64,000 bases of DNA from Antedon mediterranea (Eukaryota > Animalia > Echinodermata): assembly GCF_964355755.1 (NCBI RefSeq), contig NC_092675.1, positions 21,052,912 to 21,116,911 of the forward strand, read 5' to 3'. The translations under genes were made by a program, and so were the position numbers. The notes under the pieces were generated by a model. That model had not been told where the DNA came from. It searched no databases and saw only the letters and a list, made by a program, of their open reading frames with translations. Shown in pieces: positions 53,201 to 64,000 of the stretch. Positions within the stretch are counted from its first letter, which is position 1; each line of letters starts with the position of its first letter.

Positions 53201-56200
53201 ATTATGCAAATATAATCTTGCTAGGTATCTACAATCTATTATCTGCATGTTAAAAAAAAATCAAGAATTCTTTTGCAGTTCTATTTTGAATTCTCAAAGC
53301 CAACATATTTCCAACATCAGTGCACAATATACTGGGGAGGCATCCCCCGAGATTCTATCTCAACTGCAATATTTTAATCCTGGTCAATTTTTAGTAGCAA
53401 GGGTAATTATTTGAAACGCATATTGCCTATTAAATGCAAAAGATACTCCTTTAACGGCACATTGGGGGTTTACACTGAACAACTAACAAATGAATAATGA
53501 ATAAGAAACTGAATAAATAAGGGATCAGGTATAGGTTGTAGTGGTTATTACCTATCTGAAGCTGTGATTGGCTGCTTTAAAAAAAAATGGATTCATTGCG
53601 ACAGTGGTGATGATGAATAACTATTTGGTTATTATTTAAATTATCAAAATATAACTAGTAATAAATATTATCTTATAGCTTTATGTTTGTAGATTAGACC
53701 GTAAAATAGGCTTCTAGAGTATGATATATTTTTGTTGTACAGTATCCAAAATTAAAGGGGTAGATCCAGAAAATATAGAAATGAAAAAAATAAAAAACAA
53801 ATATTTATATATTAATTTTTAATTAATAACTGAAAACGATGTTAGAAAAATGTCCAAAAATAATACTCCAAGAACAAAAATGTAACATTTAATTGTAGGA
53901 AAATGTCATTGTTTTGATATTAAACAAAAATAAAATGTTACAAAGGTAAATAGTCATTAATTTAATTCTAGATGAAAATTCTAATTAAAAAAGAAACGAA
54001 AGAAACACATATTCCCTAGATGACTATGGCAAAGTTTGATTTAATTGTTTTTCAACAAAACACGGCTGGCTCTGAGGGTGTGTGTGCGAGTACCAGATTT
54101 CTATCAACACCATCTGCCATCCTCATTTGCTCCTTGTTGCCTGGGGGTACAGTACTGATTTTGGTATAAGAAATGCAATTCATAATTTAAATACAAAAAA
54201 AAGAGAATCATTGCATAAAGATATATTTCAATCAACTTTAAATCATCATTGAATCAATGATAAAGATGAAAAATCACATGTCAATGGTATGTGAAATAAA
54301 TGTTTTTATTTATAAAATTATTCAATAGAATTAACAATGAAAAAACTGGTAAAAATACAAAATGCAGAGAATGACTGGGTTAGTGCTATTTACTTACTCA
54401 GCCCATATTGAAGATATGGATAAGATTTTAGTAAGCTTAAATTGTGATGATAATTTTTTATGAAAATCAATCGGCACAGTCTGTTATCACGCAAACAAAC
54501 AAAACAAATCAAATATATAAATATCAAATAAAAAATATATAAACAACAGAAGAAACCGTGTTTGCAATACATCAATTATTTTAAGATAAAAAATAATAAT
54601 TTATATCTTCTAGTGCATTATATAATTTTCTATGAAAAATTAGTGGGCGATGAGGTCTAACAAGAACTAATAGTTGAAATGTCTGGGGATTAGCTGATCC
54701 ATCATGTGGAAATACTCCTTATTTTTCAAAACATTACCAGCAAATTAAGAATGTTTTATGATAGACCAAAGGTCCCGTTGATCATTATTATTTCAATATC
54801 TCAACGAGAATATGTACAAGTCTGTGTTTTAATGTTTATTATGTGTACGTGGGTATGAAGTATTGCGACTATCACACTGTATTTTATGTATAAGTAGGGT
54901 AAAATTGTTTTATGTAATTTGTTGCAATGTTAGTAATTATTAAATAAATAATAAACAATAATGCCTAGAAAATAAATGGTTAGAATTTTGAAAAAAATAT
55001 TGTCAAGCCAAACCAGTGGTATTGATTTGGTTTAATTGTGGCAGTATAAAAATATGTTTCATTCTAATGAATGATGATTGATATTGTTATGTTGGACTTT
55101 ACACATGTGATGGCATGGTTGGTGGACTATTATTGCAGAGAGGTGGAACTTTTTATATAAAAACCTCAGCAGACCATGGACTATTGTAGGTTTATCCAGG
55201 TAGGTTAGGCAAGAAATAGATTTACCTGTAATTTAAATATTTTCACTTTTTTCCCCCATTAAATTATCAAAAACTAACAAATCAAAACTAAAATATAAAA
55301 TGTTTTAAAAAGCAACCTAACCTGAACCATCGCCATGTGTTTTATCCTTTTTCCGCTTTTTCTTTTTGCTAACGAGTGCGTAGTTGTCTCGTGCACTCCA
55401 CCCGGGATACAGCTGCATATGTAGTTGGCGTTCTTTCCTTGCTAAGTCATAATACTTAGATTGTTCTTCTCTAGATAAGGCATGCCACTGGAATACAAGA
55501 AAAAAGTATATATAACAGAACTGTAGAAACAAACAAAAAATGTAGTACTGATACTACACAATTTATTTTCAATATATAATTTGATTTGTTTATATAAATT
55601 TTATTCCAATGATCATGGAGGTACTGAAGAAGTGCTAAAATACACACATTTTTCAATTGTAGATATATATATATATTTCTTCATTTTTCAATGCAAATCT
55701 TCTCATTCATGAACACAATGGACCGAGGGCGCTTCACTGCTCAGCCACAGAACAGATAACGTGAACAATGACATCATACACAGATATGACATCATGCACT
55801 AGTTAACTAATAATCAAGTTCACAACATTAGTAGAACATTTTCAAAAAATATTGCCACCTATGAAGTTAAAATGTTTATAAGTGATCAGTAGGGAAAAAA
55901 ATGACAGATAAAAAAAAATGCAACGATGAAGAAAGGTTTATGGAGTTCAACAAAAGAATGCCTAATAAATAATATCATAGTTAGGAAAAATAATTTATTG
56001 TACTGGAATAAAAAATGCAGTTTATTCTGAAGACCAGTGGTACTGTAGAGAGATTTAGCACCGTGGAGGGATTAGTATAAAGTGAATTAAATGGTAGTTG
56101 CACTGAGTTGAATGATACAGGATTAATCGACAATAAATATAGGGTACTATTGAAAATGAATCAAAAGGTTTGTAATTAGTACATAAATTCCAGACCTATA

Positions 56201-59200
56201 AATTCACAGACAATTTAGATAGGTGGGTGAACATGGAAGGATGAGTAATAGTTGATAGCGTGTGCGTACAGGCTCGGGAATGACCGACCAACGCGGTAAT
56301 TAATTGTAACAGTGGCACGGTAATAATACGCATCCATGAAAGATTAAGTAGGACAATAACATATGCCGTCTAGAAGACACAGAGCACATAATGAAAACTT
56401 TGAGATAAGTAGGTAACACAGGTTTTACACAATAAAGACAACTAATTAGAAGGGTTTATGATCTGCGGAAGGTTAAATGATGAAGTGATTAAACTGTTTT
56501 GTTAACATTTTTACAGGTTTACCAAGTCTTGTTTGTGTTTAACAATAGAAAGAATGTAGTTAGATAAAGGTATTTAAATATTATTTTCTAGCTTTCACAT
56601 TAAACTAATACAGTAGAATGATTCATTCAGTTTAGGATAATTAAAAAAGGTGTCTCAAACCTCTTAAATAAGAATTACCAAGAAATACACACAAAAACAA
56701 CCTTAATACTAGGAAAAAAGTATTATATTGAATAGCAGTACTCGGATTACAAAAGTAGACATTAGTTAATTATCCCAATTATTTAGAAAACCATTCTGAA
56801 TTTGGAGGGGACCTAAATATATAAATAAAAATAAATAATATATTATATTTTTGTATCGCTTTTAAACTCGGAGGATATCTGACCGACATTGGCTTCTGAT
56901 AGACTATACCAAAGGTGTGCAAACACTCTGTTACAGAGATCATCTCTACTCTCTTGGGACACTACCATTATTGGTTTAGTGAGAATTTATCATCCGCCAA
57001 CAACTCAACATTAAATATTCCTCTAACACTTGTTTTTTTTTTTTCATGCTTAAGCCGCTTATCAATTGATTAGACATAAACGGCTGCTTAAAGTGTTTTT
57101 GTTGCCACTTTGCTGTCTATTTGCTAACTCCTCGTAGCTCTTCATGCGGGACATCGCTTTCTGGTTTGGTTCATTATTATTCTTTTTTTGTCACTTCGTA
57201 TTTTATATAATGTTTGTTCAACAACAATTGAATTTTTATCTAGTATCATGACCGTCATTAATAGTGGGTGGTTGATTCTTCAAAGAACCTAATTTAATGA
57301 TTTCCTTTGAAATGATGTAATGAAAATTGGACATTTAACATAGCTTTTTTTAGCTCTTACCCTCCAGTGGCGTAATGGCTATGAGTGCTCACTGGCTAAA
57401 CTCAGTGGCCCAAGAGCTTAAGGGCTCCAAGAGCATGAGAAGCCCAATGCAATTATGCAAAGTTTGAGGGCCCTTAGAAATGCTAAACTAGGGGCCCCTG
57501 GGTTACGTCACTGCTCTTACAATAAAACCCATGTAATAACATTGGTTAATACTTGTTCAAAGGATGCTTGTTGGTATATACGGATGTTTAATTATGATCT
57601 ATTCATTCTCATAGTCCTGGTTCCATGCTAAATACCAATCAATTCCCTAAGGAATTGCCAAATAGCGGAGCAAGTCCATAAGGAAGTGGCTTATGGCGCA
57701 AAAACTTACCCTTCTACCAAGAATTTGATTGATAGCAGCACTTTCTTTTAGTGTACATTCCTTCACAACCTGCGCCCTCATCTCTTTCATATACAACATA
57801 AATGCGTTTAGAGGTTTCTTAACATGTGGGCGCTTCTTTTCAGGGGGTCTAGGGGCTTCCTTCTCTCGTTCCCTGTTTTGAAAAAAATAAATAAAACCAT
57901 TATTATATTATACTATATTAATGTTGATTTTGAATGTGTATACATAAGCATAATAAGTATGTATAATGCATAAAGTTTGGGAGCGTGTACAGGTAATACC
58001 CATTTCATTTTGATCCTCAGATGTATGCCCATATGCACTGGTCAATTCAGTTTCAAAGTTCAATATAGTAAAACCACCATAACAACTTTAAAACATTATA
58101 TTTTCGTTTTCATTTTAAAAAATCTTGTCGTTTAAGATAATTCAATTCAAGACTTCATAAAGGAGTAAAGAAGTCATAAACTAGGTTTAAATACATAACC
58201 TTTTCTATAATTCAAAAACTGACTGTATCAGACAGCCAATTACCAATAGATTTGTTTAACTTACTTAAGTAAGAGATACAAAGAAAATTGTATCGTAATA
58301 AATACATTGTACTCAAGTCATTGAATGATACTGACAAGTTGGCTAAAGACGGGTAATAAAACAAATACATATCACTTAGGAAGATAATCAAATAAAAATG
58401 ATACGTAACAATGTTGTGAACCCACACTGCAAACCTCACACACAAAAGAATTAGGGTATATAAACAATTGAAAAGAATGAAAGTGACAAGTATAGTGTGT
58501 AGTCTAGATACGTGTTAAACCTTAACAGAATCTCAAAGATGATGAGTTACTGTATAGCATTGGATTTAGAAACAATTCATTCAACACAATGTTGTATAAA
58601 TGGATGGTAATGAATTTGAACAAGCTTGATGAAAAGCTTGAAGATAGATGTGTGACCCACATGAAGGCCTTTACATGTGTAACGTTTTTGTTTCCAACGT
58701 AATGATTTATCTTTATGGCCAACGAAATGGATGTCATGTGATCGTGTCTAACGGCGAATCATTCATTGAAAGCCATCGAGAGTTTCGTCTAATGGACACG
58801 AATGTATAAGTATAATTGGTAGTGGACTGGTCATAAAATGACCAATATTTTGTTAGAAAACCTTAAAAAATTGCTGCAATAACTAAACTAATGTTAGAAA
58901 TATGTTCAGTATAATATAATATTATTCTATGTGATTTGATTTTACACTGTCAAATGCACATTTATATAACTTTTTATTTCAATGTTATAAATTTAATTTT
59001 TTTTTAACAGATGGTTTGTATCAGAAACAATGAAATAAATTAAATGCAATAACAAAATTGTGACATAATTTTGCATTGAAACATGTTAGAAATTAAGTGA
59101 ATTTCGAAGAGTTAAAACTATGTTAAACTTTTTGAATATAAAAATGTTTAATGCAATTTATTGAAGAAACATTTAGGAATTTAGAATAGGTAATAAATAC

Positions 59201-59791
59201 AGATATAGTTGTCCTAGGTTAAAGAACATTTTCAAAATAGGCAATACTACAAAAGGGACCTCTGAGACCATCAGGCTTAAGCTGCGTTTACACTTGTTCC
59301 TTAAGCTGCTTTCACACTTGTGTCATATTCAAGTGTGAATATTTCTTACAGTCAACTGTCATCTGAGTAGAATGATAAATGTGAATAAAGTAGAAACCAC
59401 TTTAAGGGTACACCTTCAGAACCTAACAAATTGTCCCCTTAAAAGAGGTTTCCACTGAGTAGGGATTGGCTGTAGTGTTAAAACATATATAGCTTATCTT
59501 TCCATTCACTGGAAATTTTGTAGGGCTGTCTCAAAGGAGGGTTTTACTGTACTAAACAATAATCATAAAAATGACACACATACATACCTATCATTGTGTT
59601 GATGTATTTCATGTTTACCACTGAGTGATAACGCTGGATGTGGGGGCATCCCAGGTAGGTGCATGGCTGGATGTGATGGGGGTAAACCTGTAGGTGCTAG
59701 TCTAGGTATGCTAGCAGCACTTACAGAAAGAGGTGAAGAATACGGTGACCTCAATGTCGTAGAAGAGAAGGGATAAAAGGGCTGTCGTTGC
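41245..59791 (-). CDS. TCF7L2: Tcf/Lef HMG-box transcription factor (TCF7L2-like, E-tail isoform); 5' exons including the beta-catenin-binding domain lie beyond the window end
   Basis: Minus-strand exons: 59791-59588 ([23 protein letters not shown]), 57872-57710 ([42 protein letters not shown]), 55487-55322 ([36 protein letters not shown] plus basic tail), 42217-42145 (73-nt C-clamp exon [25 protein letters not shown]), 41776-41245 ([15 protein letters not shown], PxDLS CtBP motif). All phases are compatible. Likely the single invertebrate Tcf; the symbol names the closest vertebrate architecture. Confidence 0.96.
51440..51595 (-). mobile_element. MITE family A copy
   Basis: CTCTGTCTACACTATCAAACT ... 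AGTTTGATAGTGTAAACAGAGCT. Confidence 0.8.
57365..57513. mobile_element. hAT-like MITE
   Basis: CAGTGGCGTAA ... TTACGTCACTG termini and a GGGCCC-rich interior. CTCTTAC occurs on both flanks but the TSD is imperfect. Confidence 0.6.
59388..59549. mobile_element. pogo/Tigger-like (Tc1/mariner) MITE
   Basis: (C)AGTAGAAACC..TGTCCCCTTAA..GAGGGTTTTACTG|TA. Related decayed copies at ~1947-2010, ~10460-10630 and ~27300-27353. Confidence 0.55.
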
Positions 59792-59858
59792 CTGAAATGA
59801 AAGAAATTTAAAAAAAATAAAGATTATTTTGTATTATTTGTAATAATAGCAGTATAAC

Positions 59859-59882
59859 CATGGAGGTATTTATACCTCCATG
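59859..59882. mobile_element. P-superfamily-like micro-element / excision footprint
   Basis: GTATAAC|CATGGAGGTATTTATACCTCCATG|GTATAAC, exact 7-bp TSD. Confidence 0.7.
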
Positions 59883-60810
59883 GTATAACATGTTATTTAA
59901 AGTAAATTTCTCTAGTGACAATTCTTTTGAGAACAATTCTAGTACTGGGCTGGAGACAGAAATGATTCATTTACTATTAGTTAGTCACCAAGCGAAATGT
60001 TAACATAATATGAGAGTATCACACTGTAGTCTTAGGGGGCCTGGTTAACAAAATTTAGGGGGTTTGTAATCTACTCGGATTGCATCAACAATGTATTTAT
60101 CAAAAATCTTAAATTAGTGAGTGAGATTATTCAAACTGGGATTATACTATCATATCAGGTATATTTTAATTTATATTCGGTTGATTTGATAAACAATAAT
60201 GCAACCCTTTGTTCTATGCTAAACCATTTTCCTAAAATGTTACCAGGCTATTAACGATCCTCTATTTCATAGATATTTTCCTATACCTACTGGACAGAAA
60301 TTACATTTTCTATTTACTGGTATTTAAGAAGTGGTCCCTTGCTAAACATGACTGTAAATCACATTTCCCTACAGACCTTAACACACATACATTTATGATA
60401 ATTATAACGGATCACACGTACAATGATCTAAATAGCCATAGGCTTAACTCATTATAAGACCTTTCAGAGTGCCACGCAATCGTCAAAACTGATATTTCTG
60501 GAACATTCAAGGACCATAGCAAAAGTACAGTGACAAATCTGCCATTAGGCAATACACGCATTAATAGATGATTATGGTTTGAGCAGTTATTATTAGAGTA
60601 CTACTAGTCAAACACCAGTGCTTTTATATATCTCTGCAATACAAGTCATCAGTTATATAACCTTGCTCAAATCCAGATTAATCCTTGTTTTTTAGTTCTT
60701 ATTAGACTATTTATAATCCATGTCTGTTTGAGTACATTGAACTGAGATTGGATGGTGCGGAACTAATATCATTATATACTGGTTTAATAACCACTGGTAT
60801 TACAGTATTA

Positions 60811-60834
60811 TTCATTCATTCATTCATTCATTCA
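60811..60834. repeat. (TTCA)6 microsatellite
   Basis: TTCATTCATTCATTCATTCATTCA. Confidence 0.9.
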
Positions 60835-60908
60835 CTGTTTTGGTCAATGATTGGTCAAAAGTAATTGTTGTACTGCTACTCTATACTCCTACCATCCTTA
60901 ATAAAATG

Positions 60909-61099
60909 ATTCTACTGCAGTTACTGCAGAAACTACATTTACCTTTAAATGCAATTTACAATTACCAAGTTTTTTGGAGTAAATCAGACACTCTTTTATT
61001 CCAGTGACTACCTCATAAATTATACATCAAAACAAACTAAAATCAGACATTTATTGCAGTAAAAAAAAAATGCATTTTGTAAAGTAACTGCAGTAGAAT
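60909..61099. mobile_element. MITE-like inverted-repeat element
   Basis: Perfect 17-bp terminal inverted repeat ATTCTACTGCAGTTACT ... AGTAACTGCAGTAGAAT. Confidence 0.6.
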
Positions 61100-61450
61100 A
61101 ATAACATGGTCTATTTAGATAGTGTCACTATAAACTGTAGTGTGTTGCCAATGAAATACATAATATTCTTTATACAACCAAATTGAAATAACACAATTTA
61201 ACATGGTAGTGGAGCCACATGAATAGCGCCACCAATATGTTATTAATTTCCTTAGTAAATATAACATTGATGTAACTACGCATAACAATTTAAATGACTT
61301 ACGTCTCTGAATCTGATAACTCAAATTGTCATAAATCTAACTAATGATATCGATAATACATGAATCAGAATACGAACAGTGTTAATTAACAGTAAAATCA
61401 AATGTTAATCAAATGATTAAACCCTATATAAATCTGATACTTTAACTAAA

Positions 61451-61945
61451 ATATGACTATAGATATTTCTATGTTATAACCATTGAGACATTATCTACAG
61501 TACTATGTAACCATTGAGACATTATCTCTATGTAACCATTGAGACATTATCTCTATGCTATAACCATTGAGACATTATCTCTATGTAACCATTGAGACAT
61601 TATCTCTATGTAACCATTGAGACATTATCTCTATGTAACCATTGAGATCTCTATGATATATTGTGACCGTAGAGTTAATTATTGTCTATATAAATATAGA
61701 TATATTATCTTTATATGACCATAGATATATTATCGCTATAAGAAAATAGAGATTTTACCTCTATGATATGACCATAGAGATTTTACCTCTATGATATGAC
61801 CATAGAGATTGTACCTCTATGATACGACCATAGATATATTACCTCTATGATATGACCATAGAGATTGTACCTCTATAATACGACCATAGATATATTACCT
61901 CTATGACAAGACAAAAGAGATATAACAGTATTTCTATGATATGAT
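61451..61945. repeat. Minisatellite of ~25-28 bp units (CATAGAGA..TCTCTATG hairpin plus 4-7 bp linker), ~18 units
   Basis: Units such as TAAC-CATTGAGACATTATCTCTATG and ATATGAC-CATAGAGATTTTACCTCTATG. Confidence 0.9.
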
Positions 61946-63526
61946 TTTTTTTTTGGTGAAATAGAAGAATTCAAGCCATTTTATGTTTAATCCACTACTT
62001 AGGAAGTAGATATACATTTAACAGTGGAATGAGTTGTTTAATAGCCAATCTGCAGGATATGGAAAAAAAAAATATGCTGGACTTTTAAATTCTCACTTTC
62101 ACATGGTAATTTTGCTATAAAAAGCGGTTGTGTTAAAAGATACGTGGTGTAATATGTAGGCCAGTGCGACAAGGTCTATAGGTTGTCAAAGCAAATGGAT
62201 TCTAGAATCGCCTACAAATGGATCGCAATAAAAAAAAAACTGGTAATACTGAAATTTATTATGCAATTAAAATATTACCACTGCCATGAATGATTTATAC
62301 GAGATGCAATTCCATAATAGCATTTACAAACATTTCTAGGTGCAGTAATTAAAAGTGAGCTTAATTTTGAAATCAACCAAGCATGAAGAATTAACTGCTA
62401 TATTGTAAAGTGTTAACAATCTGTGGGAATACACTGAACATATGATTTATGTTTCAAAATGTATCGGTAAAAAAAGGTGATGTACAAAAGATGTTTGTTA
62501 GGGAAAAATTGTGGAGCTAGTACGGTAGATTGTCAGATTGTATTAGGCTATTGTTCTTTCAACGACACCACTTAATGCCTGTAAAGACAGTGGAGAAATA
62601 ATCATAGTATTAAGTAAACGCATAAAATGCATAAATCGCATTGATGATGTTTTACAAACGCTAAGTGAATATTAATGAATTCTTTATTCTGATATTGATA
62701 CGTCTATTGTTGTAAAATTGAGAAATCTATCCGATTTGTCTCTATTCATCATTACAAAACATTAAAAAAGAGGATAACATTTCAAAATAAATATAAAATG
62801 ACATCTTAAACAATTTAGCATTTAATATTTAAACAAACTTTAATTGAATTTGATTTGCATTAAAAGGGGCTTTTTCTTACTAATTAAGAATTACTAATTC
62901 AATATTATCAATGAATGGGTACTATGTAAACTAATAAACAAAGGGCTTGAACAAATGGACGGAAGAAGAAATATTTTAGAAAATTGAATACAAAACTAGG
63001 AAGCTAAATGGAATATAAATATTAAAGCCAAAGGTCAAAATGTATCACTTATAATAATAGAAAGCTACTTTAAAATAATTAAAAATAATTTATCATTCAC
63101 GCTGATCACTTATAGTACACCGATACCTACTACATAAATTGAAAAAAATAATAATTAAAAATAATCCAGAGACCGAATTATATTTGGTATATCTCACATC
63201 ACCTAATTTCTTATCTAAGAAGTATGTTTTACCAGGTAGCTGTAGCTAGTAGAGAATGTTTCAAAAAGTTAATTAAGAATGGGTAGAAAACTAAAACAGT
63301 AATTTTAGGTACCCAGATCTTCTTAGATGGGTTGTTTACAATTAGGTTGGCTGGGTAGAAGAAGGTGGTGGCCCCACTGCGCCCAATGAACAGGACTTCT
63401 TTGTAAAGAAGAAAGACTATCCTGTTCTGTATACATTTTAAAACTTAAATCCAACGGCAAGAATGGAAACAGTATGGTAATTACCATGCTATGCTAACTA
63501 CCAAGGTATATGTAAATACCAAGTAA

Positions 63527-63685
63527 AGTGTGGTTCCCACTAGGCTGTAACGCAAGGACGTAAACGCAACGCAAGCGTGTTGACCAATGACAAAGCGACA
63601 GTTCGAATAATCCGCCTCTTGTGATTGGTCAAATCAGTTACGTTGCGTTACATCCCTGTATTATGTCTCTAGTGGGAACCAAGCA
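63527..63685. mobile_element. MITE family B
   Basis: TGGTTCCCACTAG ... CTAGTGGGAACCA TIR with internal inverted AACGCAACG/CGTTGCGTT and TTGACCAAT/ATTGGTCAA. Confidence 0.75.
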
Positions 63686-64000
63686 TTATAGAGCCCACAA
63701 ACATGAAATATTGAAAACATAACCCCTTCAAGAAACTGTCTGTTATCCTACTAAACCAATCAAGTTAATATACTTAATGACAACTTGTACCATTACCTAA
63801 TATCATCGTATTATCTACCATAATCAATATTTCTAATAAACTAACGAAACTTTAAGTAATATTAAGAAATTGTGACAACAACCATCAATACCTTGGGCAT
63901 ATTGAACCAATAATGTGTTAAGATTACATAGAGTAATATTGAAGAAGCAATATAATCCATGCTGGACAGTATGGTTCTATTCTTTCATAACAATTAAGTT

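Noticed and set aside
61451-61945. CRISPR-like array of palindromic repeats
   Set aside because: Linkers are only 4-7 nt and are repeated rather than unique, there are no cas genes, and the context is a eukaryotic intron.
63340-63420. GC-rich segment as the upstream Tcf exon
   Set aside because: The Pro-rich frame hits a stop and I found no suitable phase-2 donor. The upstream Tcf exons appear to lie outside the window.

Overview
AT-rich, intron-rich animal genomic DNA with GT-AG introns. It is probably an invertebrate deuterostome such as an echinoderm; this is inferred from a Deu-domain SINE, TAGGCCTA tracts and a single Tcf-type gene, not proven. I assembled four protein-coding genes by hand from splice sites and reading phase: a FAM13A/B-like RhoGAP (minus strand, 3' end runs off the left edge), STAMBP/AMSH (plus, complete, 482 aa), PAQR3 (plus, complete, 297 aa) and Tcf/Lef (TCF7L2-like; minus, 5' exons beyond the right edge; HMG box, C-clamp and CtBP motif). 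Introns and intergenic DNA carry many MITEs (Harbinger-, Ginger-, P-, hAT-, pogo- and piggyBac-like), LINE/SINE fragments and minisatellites. Most interesting: (1) 18-29 bp CANRG...CYNTG micro-hairpins with 7-bp target-site duplications that look like P-superfamily excision footprints, plus a minisatellite built from the same hairpin+TSD unit; (2) an in-frame Cys-rich candidate Tcf cassette exon whose 5' splice site lies in a strand-specific RNA stem; (3) a tandemly duplicated decoy/poison acceptor in PAQR3; (4) a TTGCGCAA-rich Ginger-like MITE between divergent promoters; (5) four-gene linkage matching the vertebrate 4q/5q/10q/2p paralogon. No prokaryotic features were found.
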